The notes beneath the pieces are model-generated. The model searched no databases. It was given only the letters and a program-made list of their open reading frames with translations, and had not been told where the DNA came from. The translations under genes were made by a program, and so were the position numbers. This document shows, one piece after another, positions 34,886 to 43,990 of a stretch of 50,543 nucleotides of DNA. The DNA is from a virus: the IMG/VR virus record IMGVR_UViG_3300010224_000016; one strand, given 5' to 3'. Positions within the stretch are counted from its first letter, which is position 1, and each line of letters begins with the position of its first letter.

Positions 34886-35172
34886 CGATTCGCATTCCAA
34901 CCGTTGCCACGGCAAACCAGACCCTTACGGTCACGCTCGGCGGGCAACTGTGCAAGATCACCATCATTCAGCGTAACGGGCTCGTCTATCTGTCGCTCAC
35001 CGCGAACAACACCCCCGTGATCGACACGCGCATGTGCCGCGACCGTACAAAACTCGTGCGGGGCGCTCACCTGGGCTTTAGCGGCGACCTCGCGTTCGTT
35101 GACACGCAGGGGGCGAGCGACCCGGATTACACGGGCTTCGGAACGCGCTACCAACTGGTCTACCTGCCATGA
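34882..35172 (+). CDS. Baseplate module protein (hypothetical)
   Basis: ATGA overlap. 96 codons. Confidence 0.6.
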   Translation: MTIRIPTVATANQTLTVTLGGQLCKITIIQRNGLVYLSLTANNTPVIDTRMCRDRTKLVRGAHLGFSGDLAFVDTQGASDPDYTGFGTRYQLVYLP

Positions 35173-36023
35173 CGACACGCAAAGCAATCGAACTTACGAT
35201 CACGCTCGGCACGGGGACGTTCGGCGAGGACGTTGGCGACACGGTCACGCTGTCAGGCTTTCGCGTGACCGTCGATGTCTCGCAACCTGGGGGTGACTCG
35301 ATGGGCATGTGTCAGGTCCGCGTGTACGGCCTGCGCGCCGACATGATGAACCGGCTAACGACGATCGGCCCCGTCAATACCGCGATCAAGGCGAAGAACT
35401 CGATTCTGATCGCGGCGGGCGACGAGGGTGGCGCAATGAACGTCGTGTTCAGCGGGACCATATTCGACGCCTGGGCGGACTACAACAACGCGCCCGACGT
35501 GCCCTTCAACATCCTTGGGTATGCCGGCCTGGACTCGGCAGTCAAGCCCGTCAACGCGACCAGCTACAAAGGTTCCGTCGACGTCGCAACCATCCTGCAA
35601 GAAATCGCAACCGGCGACATGGGTTTGACGTTCGAAAACAACGGCGTCAGCGTCCAACTCACCAACCCTTATTTCTCGGGCTCGTCGCTCGACAAGGTGC
35701 GCGCCATAACGGCAGCGGCCGGCATCAACTGGACGATCGATCGCGGCGTGCTGGCGATCTGGCCGGACGAAACCGCGCGACAGGGCGACACCCCTAACAT
35801 CTCCCCTGAAACCGGCATGGTGGGATATCCAGCCCTGTCGAGTAAAGGCATGACTGTTAGAATGCTTTTCAATCCGCGCGTGACGATCGGGCGTGACGTC
35901 CAGGTGCAAAGCGCAATCCCGATGGCGTGCGGAAAATGGCGGGTCTTCAGCGTGGCGCACAACCTTTCTTGCGTCGCCCCCGGTGGCCCATGGTTCACTA
36001 TCGCGGACGTCTACAATGCCTGA
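35169..36023 (+). CDS. Baseplate hub-like protein
   Basis: ATGA overlap. 284 codons, positioned upstream of the spike gene. Confidence 0.65.
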   Translation: MTTRKAIELTITLGTGTFGEDVGDTVTLSGFRVTVDVSQPGGDSMGMCQVRVYGLRADMMNRLTTIGPVNTAIKAKNSILIAAGDEGGAMNVVFSGTIFDAWADYNNAPDVPFNILGYAGLDSAVKPVNATSYKGSVDVATILQEIATGDMGLTFENNGVSVQLTNPYFSGSSLDKVRAITAAAGINWTIDRGVLAIWPDETARQGDTPNISPETGMVGYPALSSKGMTVRMLFNPRVTIGRDVQVQSAIPMACGKWRVFSVAHNLSCVAPGGPWFTIADVYNA

Positions 36024-36780
36024 CATCGACGGTTATTACGGTACGCAGAAGCCGACAGCGGGATCGAGCGAATACAACGCGATGATGTTCGTTGTGCGGT
36101 CCCTTATGGAGCAGAACAACCACGTCGCATTGGTCAAGGTGGTCAACGTCGACGCGCCGGGCGGGCTCGGATTGGCGGGCACGGTGGATGTGCAACCGCT
36201 CGTCAACCAGATCGACGGGCAGGGGCGGCCGGTTCCGCACGCCGTCGTAAACGGTATCCCATATCATCGGCTGCAGGGCGGCAAGAACGGCGTGATCATC
36301 GACCCGCAAGTCAACGATATCGGCCTGTGCGTGTTCGCGGATCGCGACACGTCGTCGGCCATGGTGAACAAGGATCAAGCCAACCCCGGCAGCTTGCGGC
36401 GCAACAGCATGTCGGATGGCTTCTACTTCGGCGGCGTGTTGAACGCGATCCCCGAACAGTACGTCATGTTCCTTGAAACCGGCATCACGATCGTATCGCC
36501 GCACAAGATCACCATGCAAGCGCCTGAGATCGACCTTGTAGCCCCCGTGATCAGCATGCAGGCCGACACGTCGATTACGGCCACGACGCCGATATTCACC
36601 ATTAACGGCGATCTACATGCGACGGGCAAATCCGACCTCGACGGCGACGTGACGTCACAAGGGCTCGTCGAAGCGCCGAACGTACACGGTACGGTCGACG
36701 TTACGTTCGGTGGTAAATCTGGCATCGGACACATCCACACGGGTGGCACAATCAGCGGTAAAACGGGAACCCCTGTATGA
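36016..36780 (+). CDS. Baseplate central spike protein (gpV / Mu gp45-like)
   Basis: ORF 35893..36780 trimmed to ATG 36016. The OB-like N-terminus reads VALVKVVNVD..VDVQPLVNQ. The C-terminus looks like a beta-helix and ends in GHIHTGG. Confidence 0.75.
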   Translation: MPDIDGYYGTQKPTAGSSEYNAMMFVVRSLMEQNNHVALVKVVNVDAPGGLGLAGTVDVQPLVNQIDGQGRPVPHAVVNGIPYHRLQGGKNGVIIDPQVNDIGLCVFADRDTSSAMVNKDQANPGSLRRNSMSDGFYFGGVLNAIPEQYVMFLETGITIVSPHKITMQAPEIDLVAPVISMQADTSITATTPIFTINGDLHATGKSDLDGDVTSQGLVEAPNVHGTVDVTFGGKSGIGHIHTGGTISGKTGTPV

Positions 36781-37127
36781 AAACTCTCCTACTCGATACG
36801 GACGCATGGGACTTGGTGCTCGACATCGGCGGAAATATCGCCGTTGCAAACGAACCGTATGCCCTTGCGCAAGACGTCGCAAGCGCCGTCCGCGTCAACC
36901 TGGGCGAACTGTGGTACGACACGACGCAAGGCGTAGCGTACACTGAGCAGATTTTGGGCAAGGTGCCGAACCTGCAGTTCATCAAGTCGCAGGTCGAAAC
37001 GGCCGCACTGTCCGTCCCCGGCATCGTCAAGGCTAAATGCAGTTTCGCGCAGTTCAGCAACAACGTCTTGACGGGGCAAGTACTCGTGACCGATGCGAAC
37101 GGTATCGCAAACAACGTCTCTTTTTAA
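36777..37127 (+). CDS. Baseplate wedge small protein (gp25/W-like)
   Basis: ATGA overlap. 116 aa, immediately upstream of the J-like gene. Confidence 0.6.
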   Translation: MKTLLLDTDAWDLVLDIGGNIAVANEPYALAQDVASAVRVNLGELWYDTTQGVAYTEQILGKVPNLQFIKSQVETAALSVPGIVKAKCSFAQFSNNVLTGQVLVTDANGIANNVSF

Positions 37128-37136
37128 GGAAAAACC

Positions 37137-38360
37137 ATGAGCGGAGAAACCAGCGTCCCGCCGATCAAATTTACGTCGACGGGCCTCGTCCTGCCGGACG
37201 ACGCTACGATCCGCGCGGGCATCATGGCGGACATGAACGCCGCGTTCGGCGGCAACTTGAATCCGTCGTTGTCGACGCCCCAAGGGCAACTCATGAGCAG
37301 CTACGCGGCGATCCTGTCGCAGAAGAACGCGGACTTTGCCTACTTCGTGAATCAGATCGACCCTGCGAACGCGGACGGCCCCATGCAAGACGCGCTCGGG
37401 CGCATCTACTTCATGACGCGCAACCCTGCAACGTCGACCGTCGTCCAGGTGTCCTGCCTGGGCAAACAGGGCGTCGTAATCCCGGTCGGTGCGCTCGTGC
37501 AAGATGTCAACGGCAACGTGTACGCATGCACGAGCGCCGGAACCATCCCGTCGTCGGGAACGATCACGTTGCCGTTTGCAGCGCTCCAGACCGGCCCGAT
37601 TGCATGCCCCGCTAATGCGATCACGGGGTCGCCGTACCGCTCTATTCCAGGGTGGGACCGGGCCGTCAACAATACGGACGGCGTGCCGGGAACGCTCGTC
37701 GAGAACCGCGTCGACTTCGAATACCGGCGACAGCAATCGGTCGCGGTCAACGCTCGCGGATCACTCCCATCGATATACGCCAACGTCTTCGCAGTGGCGG
37801 GCGTCACCGATGCGTATGTTACCGAGAACGTTACCGACAACCCCGTCACGTCCGGTGCGACCAATTACAGCCTGTTGGCGCATTCGATCTATGTCGCGGT
37901 CGTCGGCGGCGCGGATGCTGACGTCGCTACGGCAATCTGGCAGAGAAAAGACGGTGGCGCGAACTACAACGGCAATACGACCGTGTCCGTTCAAGACACA
38001 TCCGGCTATTCGAATCCGATCCCGACGTACAACGTGACGTTTATGCGACCTGCAATAACACCCGTGTATTTCGACGTGATCGTGCAGAATCTCGGGGGTC
38101 AAAATAACGGCTCGCTTCAAGCGGCAATCCAAGTTGCGATCATCAGCGCGTTCAACGGCGGCGATGGCGGTCAGCGCGCGCGCATCGGTTCGACCATCTT
38201 TGCAAGTAGGTTCTTCGCCGCAATCGCAAGTGTCGGCCCCATTGCAATCCTTTCCGTGACGGTGGGCAAATCTACGACCCCTGTCACGGCATCGGTTACG
38301 ATGGGTATCGACGAGGCGCCCACGATTGCTGCGTCGAATATTAATGTCATTTTCTCTTGA
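37137..38360 (+). CDS. Baseplate J-like protein
   Basis: 407 aa. Size and position are typical of the gpJ/gp47 family. Confidence 0.75.
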   Translation: MSGETSVPPIKFTSTGLVLPDDATIRAGIMADMNAAFGGNLNPSLSTPQGQLMSSYAAILSQKNADFAYFVNQIDPANADGPMQDALGRIYFMTRNPATSTVVQVSCLGKQGVVIPVGALVQDVNGNVYACTSAGTIPSSGTITLPFAALQTGPIACPANAITGSPYRSIPGWDRAVNNTDGVPGTLVENRVDFEYRRQQSVAVNARGSLPSIYANVFAVAGVTDAYVTENVTDNPVTSGATNYSLLAHSIYVAVVGGADADVATAIWQRKDGGANYNGNTTVSVQDTSGYSNPIPTYNVTFMRPAITPVYFDVIVQNLGGQNNGSLQAAIQVAIISAFNGGDGGQRARIGSTIFASRFFAAIASVGPIAILSVTVGKSTTPVTASVTMGIDEAPTIAASNINVIFS

Positions 38361-38368
38361 GGTAACAA

Positions 38369-40306
38369 ATGGTTGACATCGTAACTCGCCAATCGCAACT
38401 GACCCAACTTACGCACTCGCGCGTGGATCAGAACTTCATCAACCTCGCGGAAGCTATCGACGCCAATACGGCCGACGTCGCGCAGTTCGGAGAGGACGGG
38501 GGCAGTGCCCTAATCGGCAACGGAGGTGAGAGCGTAAAAGCCTCGCTCGACGCCTTGCAACTGGCCGACTACGCCGCCCTGCGCGCCTATGCTGGTCCGC
38601 GCCAGAGCGTGTATGTGACTGGCGCCGGCATTGCTGGCATGTTCGTGCGCGACGACATCGATACGGCCAGCGCGGACAACGGCGGCACGATCATCGTGGC
38701 GGCAAACGGGAAGCGGTGGAGACGTATGAATGCGGATGTGGCAAAGCCAGCATGGTTTGGGGCCGATAGCACTGGCGTTGTTGACTGTTCGGCAGCGGTT
38801 CAGAAGGCTATCGACGCAAGCAACGGGCGTATTGATTTCGGGGCAACCGGGACATACCGAATTTCTGCACCTGTTGGCTTCCCGACCAATATCGTCGCAA
38901 GCGACAGAATGATGACGGTTCGAGGCGGCGGCGCAACAATCATCGTTGATAGTGCCGAAGCAATCTTCACGTCAAAAGACAGCTTGTTGACTCCAGAATC
39001 GACAAGCAATCTTTACTCAGCAAAAATCAATATCACAGGATTGGCCTTCAAATCGAACGGTAGCAATCCTGGCGTGGTTATCAACGGCGACCGACTTTAC
39101 AACGTCATGTGCTATAGGAATAGCTTTTATGGCGCCACGTTGACTGTCATCAAATCGTTCAGGGATCACGGCGGCGGCAATGCAAACGGGTATTTGCAGT
39201 CCGTGGCATTTGACGGAAACCACTTTGCGCAAGTTGGCCTGATTGCTGATGCAAAACGTGCGTTCAATATTGTTTTCGTCAATAACCAGTGCGAAAGCTG
39301 CCTGAAAGGGTTGTACATCGACGGGACTGGTGACCCGGCTGTGAATGTCCTTAGGGTTGAAAACAATCTGTGGGAAGGCGGCGGTGTATTTCTGAAATTG
39401 GGCGCAGTTCTTGGGTATAGCATTCACGGGAACTATTTTGAGAGCAATTCTCAAGGTGACGTGCCTACGCTCAAATGCGTCATCCACATGGTTCGCGCGT
39501 CGGGAGGGTATAGCTCTGGTGGTTCGATTACCTGTAATAGCGTGCAGGTTGTCTCTGCCTACATAACCGATACTGATTACAGGGACATCAAGTTTGTCGG
39601 GAGCACCTCCGCAATTCAGTCGCTTACCGTGGCGCAGCCGGTGGTAAGTGGCAACTGGACGAACTCCTACCAGTTCATCACCGAAGATCAAATATTCAAC
39701 CAATTTGGCAACGGTACGAAGACGGCGGGCGGGCTTGAGCGGTGGAATAGCCCGAAGCTGCATACTGAGGCCAGGGTATCCTACAGCGTGTCGCGGCGCG
39801 CGTTTGATGCCGCAAGTTATTTGTCTGGCGGAGTATTTACTGTGTGCGAGATTTCGACCGCGCAGATTAAGGCACTTGCTGGAATAAATAATCGCCCGAT
39901 GACGGCTGAGTTGAATCTGTTCTTGCAGCAAAAAACCGCTGGCGGTGTTGTTACTGGCGCATGTGTTGCAAAAATCCTCCTTGTCGTTCAAGGCGCAGAG
40001 GGAAGCAACGCATCCAGCGCATCCCCAAATATCTATGTTGGTGGTTCGCTCGTTTCATTCGCAGAGATTCCGTCGGGCAGCGTTTTTGATACAACCTTCA
40101 ACAGCGCGTTCCAGAAGCACTTCACTAATCCGGCGCTAACAATTACGGCCAATGGGGCAGATAACTACTACATAAAGTTATCTGGTTATGCTGCTCCTAC
40201 GACAGCGAATTATGGACCTGCAAATCAGATTTTATCCAGCCAAACGCTGGAAATTTTCGGATTGAATAACAGCGGCGCCTTGGCTGGGCAGCTGAGATTA
40301 GTATGA
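38369..40306 (+). CDS. Tailspike / receptor-binding protein with a pectate-lyase-like beta-helix (putative depolymerase)
   Basis: GAGG SD. WFGADSTGVVDCSAAVQKAIDAS is the typical entry motif of a tailspike beta-helix. GC drops sharply from about 38760 to the stop. Confidence 0.75.
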   Translation: MVDIVTRQSQLTQLTHSRVDQNFINLAEAIDANTADVAQFGEDGGSALIGNGGESVKASLDALQLADYAALRAYAGPRQSVYVTGAGIAGMFVRDDIDTASADNGGTIIVAANGKRWRRMNADVAKPAWFGADSTGVVDCSAAVQKAIDASNGRIDFGATGTYRISAPVGFPTNIVASDRMMTVRGGGATIIVDSAEAIFTSKDSLLTPESTSNLYSAKINITGLAFKSNGSNPGVVINGDRLYNVMCYRNSFYGATLTVIKSFRDHGGGNANGYLQSVAFDGNHFAQVGLIADAKRAFNIVFVNNQCESCLKGLYIDGTGDPAVNVLRVENNLWEGGGVFLKLGAVLGYSIHGNYFESNSQGDVPTLKCVIHMVRASGGYSSGGSITCNSVQVVSAYITDTDYRDIKFVGSTSAIQSLTVAQPVVSGNWTNSYQFITEDQIFNQFGNGTKTAGGLERWNSPKLHTEARVSYSVSRRAFDAASYLSGGVFTVCEISTAQIKALAGINNRPMTAELNLFLQQKTAGGVVTGACVAKILLVVQGAEGSNASSASPNIYVGGSLVSFAEIPSGSVFDTTFNSAFQKHFTNPALTITANGADNYYIKLSGYAAPTTANYGPANQILSSQTLEIFGLNNSGALAGQLRLV

Positions 40307-40362
40307 GTTTCACATAGCTATTACAGTCAATCGCTTGAATCGCCAGGGATAGTTAATTGAAA

Positions 40363-40527
40363 ATGGCCGACTACAGAACAATTCACACCACCTACGGTCT
40401 GCAGCGTATGGCGCAGGCCGAGGTTTCCGGGAGATAGTCGGACATGACCATCACCCTCAACTACAGCGCACCACCCGAATCGGTCGCGAACCTGAAGCGT
40501 GGTCAACTCACCTGCAATCCAGTTTAG
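40363..40527 (+). pseudogene. Decayed N-terminus of a P2 gpH-like tail fibre gene, with an in-frame TAG and truncation
   Basis: MADYRTIHTTYGLQRMAQAEVSGR-TAG(40435..40437)-SDMTITLNYSAPPESVANLKRGQLTCNPV-TAG(40525..40527). The first 24 aa resemble the conserved fibre N-terminus (M..Y.T.IT..G....A.A...G). Confidence 0.4.
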
Positions 40528-40530
40528 CCT

Positions 40531-41172
40531 ATGACAACCGCCTATACCGACCCGGACTACTGGCAACCCGGATACAGCGAAGGAGATGCCGGCACGTCGC
40601 CGTTCTCCCCGCTCGACACCGTCGCCAGCCAATACCGCAACAGCCCAACGTTGCTGCAACTGATCGCGAACTTTAAACAGTACGTCGACCCGTCGTTGAA
40701 CTTCCAGAAGTTTTACGAATACGTATGGGATATTCGGACGGCGCAGGGGTTCGGGCTCGACATCCTGGGGCGCATCGTCGGGACGTCGCGGCAAGTCACC
40801 GTGCCCGCAATCTACCCCGTGACCGTCGCCCCCGGCGTGCGCAATCTCACCGACGACCAGTTCCGCCCCGTCGCGCTCGCGAAGGCATTGTCGAACATCG
40901 TCGGCACGTCGTCGGCCGAAATCAACGGGGTGTTGCGCGCTCTGTTCGCCGACCGGGGGAACGCCTACGTCCAAGACCTGGGCGGCATGCGGATCAAGTA
41001 CACTTTTCTGTTTGAGTTGCAACCGACTGAGTTTGCTATCATTCTCCAAAGCGGCGCGCTTTCGCATCCTGCCGGCGTGCAGACTGCGATATTAAGCGTG
41101 CAACCTTATTTCGGGTTCACTGAGGCGGACTCGTGGTCAACCTTCGGCGAAAACGTCTTCGCGGCGTACTGA
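40531..41172 (+). CDS. DUF2612-like baseplate/tail protein
   Basis: 213-codon ORF between the baseplate and fibre genes. Confidence 0.65.
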   Translation: MTTAYTDPDYWQPGYSEGDAGTSPFSPLDTVASQYRNSPTLLQLIANFKQYVDPSLNFQKFYEYVWDIRTAQGFGLDILGRIVGTSRQVTVPAIYPVTVAPGVRNLTDDQFRPVALAKALSNIVGTSSAEINGVLRALFADRGNAYVQDLGGMRIKYTFLFELQPTEFAIILQSGALSHPAGVQTAILSVQPYFGFTEADSWSTFGENVFAAY

Positions 41173-41173
41173 C

Positions 41174-42349
41174 ATGACGACACCACTCGTAAAGCCAACA
41201 ACCATCGTCGAACCGTTTGCAAACAGCGGTTCGAAAAACACGATCCCCGTGACCGCGTCGCCGACTCCAGGTCGCGCGTCACTCGACACGGGGTTTCCAT
41301 CCCTGACGATGACGCCTGTTTCGCAAGGCGGCGTCCCACCTTCCGGCCTGGACTTTAACGGCATCCTGAACTGGATCACGCAGCATACGACGTGGCTTAA
41401 CGGTGGTGGTCAATACACGTTCGACGCGACCCTCGCCGCGTTCATCGGCGGTTACCCCGTAGGTATGGTCCTGCAGTCGAACGACGGTCTATCCAGCTAC
41501 GTGAACGTCCAGTCGGGCAACTCGACGGACTTCAACTCGACGCCGTCCTCGATCGGCGTGTCGTGGTTGCCGTTCGGCGGTGCGGCCGTTTCCGCCGATA
41601 GCGTCGTCACCGTGAACACCACGGGGGGCACGACGACCTTGACCGGCGACCAAGCGTCGAAGCGCATCATCAAGGTTACGGGCACACTGACGAGCAACGC
41701 GAACATCATCGTGCCCAACACGTATTCGAAAAGCTGGATCGTCCAGAACGCAACGACAGGGGCATTTACGGTCAATGTCGCTCCGAGCGGTGGGACCAGC
41801 GTGCCCGTGAGTCAAGGCGGCGTTGATACGGTATTCAGCAACGGTACGGCCATGTCGTACGGACAGCTTGACGTCGTGACCCAAAGCCCCGGCAACAACA
41901 CGACGAAGGCATCTAATACCGCGTTCGTTACTGCGGCCATTGCTGCCGCGTTGGTCAACACCGCCCTGACCGGCGTCCCGACCGCGCCGACCGCGCCGCA
42001 GAACACGAACAACACGCAGATCGCCACGACGGAATACGCTGACCGTTCCGCCGCTGCTATCGGTGCGGGAACGACCGCCCAATACAAAAACGCAGCGTTC
42101 ACTGCGGGTCCGACCGGCGATTACTGGGTCGACACGTCGGCCGGCGCGTTCACCATGACGTTGCCCGACCCGCCGCTGAATCAAAATCCCATTCGCATCC
42201 AGGACATCGCCGGAACGTGGTCGACCAACCCCTTGACCGTCAACCCCGGCACGAAAACGATTCTCGGAAATTCCTCGACCCTCACATGCGACGTGAGCGG
42301 CGAACTTCTTGAACTTTGGTACAACGGTTCTGATTGGAGGCTTGTCTAA
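41174..42349 (+). CDS. Tail fibre protein
   Basis: 391 aa. The N-terminus carries GFPSLTMTPVSQGGVPPSGLDFNGILN, and a collar-like GVPTAPTAPQNTNNTQIATTEYA follows. Confidence 0.75.
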   Translation: MTTPLVKPTTIVEPFANSGSKNTIPVTASPTPGRASLDTGFPSLTMTPVSQGGVPPSGLDFNGILNWITQHTTWLNGGGQYTFDATLAAFIGGYPVGMVLQSNDGLSSYVNVQSGNSTDFNSTPSSIGVSWLPFGGAAVSADSVVTVNTTGGTTTLTGDQASKRIIKVTGTLTSNANIIVPNTYSKSWIVQNATTGAFTVNVAPSGGTSVPVSQGGVDTVFSNGTAMSYGQLDVVTQSPGNNTTKASNTAFVTAAIAAALVNTALTGVPTAPTAPQNTNNTQIATTEYADRSAAAIGAGTTAQYKNAAFTAGPTGDYWVDTSAGAFTMTLPDPPLNQNPIRIQDIAGTWSTNPLTVNPGTKTILGNSSTLTCDVSGELLELWYNGSDWRLV

Positions 42350-42350
42350 A

Positions 42351-43343
42351 ATGACTGCACTTAGCGATATCATCGGGCGCACAGCCCTTAACAACGTTGT
42401 CAACAACAATGCCCCTGCCGGGTTCCTCGGGTACTACGGCAAGGGCGGCTATCAAGTGTTCGGCACGCCGGGCACGTTCACTTTCACCGTGCCGACTAAC
42501 GTCACGCGAATTCGTGCCCGCGCGGTCGGCGGCGGTGGTAGTGGTGCGGTCAGCGCAGGTGGTGGGGGTGGGGGTGGCGGTGGTGGTGGGGGCTTCGCTG
42601 TCGGCGAATTTTCTGTTACGCCTGGACAGTCACTTTCCATCACGGTCGGCGCGGGCGGTGCGGCCGTTACCGCATCAGCGTCGACGAGCGGTAACGCTGG
42701 CGCAAGCTCGTCCGTGGCGGCCCTTATTTCCGCGACGGGAGGTGCGGGGGGAACAGCGGCTTCAGGCGGCGCAGGCGGCGCAGGTAGCGGCGGCAACTGG
42801 CAGGCGAACGGCGGCGTCGGCGGCGCTGGCGGTAGCGCAGGCGGCGGCGGCGGTGGTGGCGGTGGCGCGGGATCGCAAATCGGCGTCGGCGGCGTCGGCG
42901 GCGCTGGTGGTAGCTCGAGCGGGGGAGGCGGCGGGGGTGGGGGCGTCGGCGGCGGCGCTGGCGGTAGCTCGAGCGGGGGAAGCGGCGGCGGGGGCTCGCC
43001 CTTCGGCGCGGCGACGAGTGTCGGTGCCCCGAACATCCTGTCCGCATATTCGAATGCACAAAACCCCATTGCCGCGATCTTTCGGTTCCCGTTCGAAGGG
43101 TTCGTCGGCGGCGGCGGCGCCTGGTCAAGTTCTTCGGCGACGCAGGGCGGCATCGGCGCTGGAGGCGGTGGCGGCGCTGCGGGTGCTGGCGGTGGTGGGA
43201 TCGGCGGCGGCGGTGGCGGCGCTATTGCGGGAAGCGTGGGCGGTGCTGGCGGTATTGGCGGCGGCGGTGGCGGCGTTGTATCAACCGGAGGTTCGATTAC
43301 CACGGGGGCCGGTGGTAACGGCCTGATCGTCATCGAATATTAA
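42351..43343 (+). CDS. Glycine-rich tail-associated protein
   Basis: ORF 42309..43343 trimmed to ATG 42351. It contains FTFTVPTNVTRIRARAVGGGGSG, long Gly runs, and ends in NGLIVIEY. Confidence 0.7.
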   Translation: MTALSDIIGRTALNNVVNNNAPAGFLGYYGKGGYQVFGTPGTFTFTVPTNVTRIRARAVGGGGSGAVSAGGGGGGGGGGGGFAVGEFSVTPGQSLSITVGAGGAAVTASASTSGNAGASSSVAALISATGGAGGTAASGGAGGAGSGGNWQANGGVGGAGGSAGGGGGGGGGAGSQIGVGGVGGAGGSSSGGGGGGGGVGGGAGGSSSGGSGGGGSPFGAATSVGAPNILSAYSNAQNPIAAIFRFPFEGFVGGGGAWSSSSATQGGIGAGGGGGAAGAGGGGIGGGGGGAIAGSVGGAGGIGGGGGGVVSTGGSITTGAGGNGLIVIEY

Positions 43344-43352
43344 GGAGAACCC

Positions 43353-43799
43353 ATGACCACTTACGCACGCATCGTCGACGGTTGTGCAGTTGACATCACG
43401 ACCGAAGACCCCAAAACGATTTTTCACGAAGACGTCGCCGTCGAATTCGTGACCGTTCCCGATGACACCTCGCACGGGGACCGTGTCGACACGGATGGCA
43501 ACTGGACGAAAGCGCCCCCCGCTGCCGACATCGTTCCGCAACACGTCCCGCCGACCGTCACGCCTGCGCAGTTTAAAATGCTGATGCTCGCCGATTTGCC
43601 GGAAATCCTTCCGCTCAAGTCGAGCGACGAAGTGATATCGGCGTTCTTCAGCGTGGTTGATGACCCGCGCCTGACGGAAGTCGATTTATCGCTGACCTCT
43701 GTTCAAAATGGGATAAAGTATTGCTTACAGAAAATCGGCCGTACCGACGCACAAGTCGCGCAACGTATGTCTGACATTCTTCGTGGAGTTTTAACCTAA
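43353..43799 (+). CDS. Hypothetical protein, possibly a tail fibre assembly/chaperone protein
   Basis: 148-codon ORF after the fibre genes. It starts MTTYARIVDGCAV. Confidence 0.55.
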   Translation: MTTYARIVDGCAVDITTEDPKTIFHEDVAVEFVTVPDDTSHGDRVDTDGNWTKAPPAADIVPQHVPPTVTPAQFKMLMLADLPEILPLKSSDEVISAFFSVVDDPRLTEVDLSLTSVQNGIKYCLQKIGRTDAQVAQRMSDILRGVLT

Positions 43800-43801
43800 T
43801 C

Positions 43802-43990
43802 ATGCGAGCCTTGACCATGCCCCCTATCGATCCGGACGCGCAAAAGCGCGCCATTAAAGAAGCCATTAACGAATGGCTCAATGAAAAATTTGCCGAGTTC
43901 GGCCGGTGGACCTTCTACGGAATGGCCGCCGCAGCGTTCGCGGGTGCCGTGTATCTGGCATTGCGTGGTCAGGGCTGGACCAAAGTATGA
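43802..43990 (+). CDS. Putative holin (single TMD, 62 aa)
   Basis: The hydrophobic segment is WTFYGMAAAAFAGAVYLAL. ATGA overlap with the endolysin gene. Confidence 0.55.
   Translation: MRALTMPPIDPDAQKRAIKEAINEWLNEKFAEFGRWTFYGMAAAAFAGAVYLALRGQGWTKV

Noticed and set aside
42452-43333. A 293-aa proline-rich ORF (PPPPPP runs) on the minus strand, and a 309-aa Ala/Arg-rich ORF in another plus frame.
   Set aside because: These are mirror or shifted readings of the GGN-rich codons of the glycine-rich tail protein gene. The plus-strand Gly frame has the proper start context and a conserved N-terminus and C-terminus.
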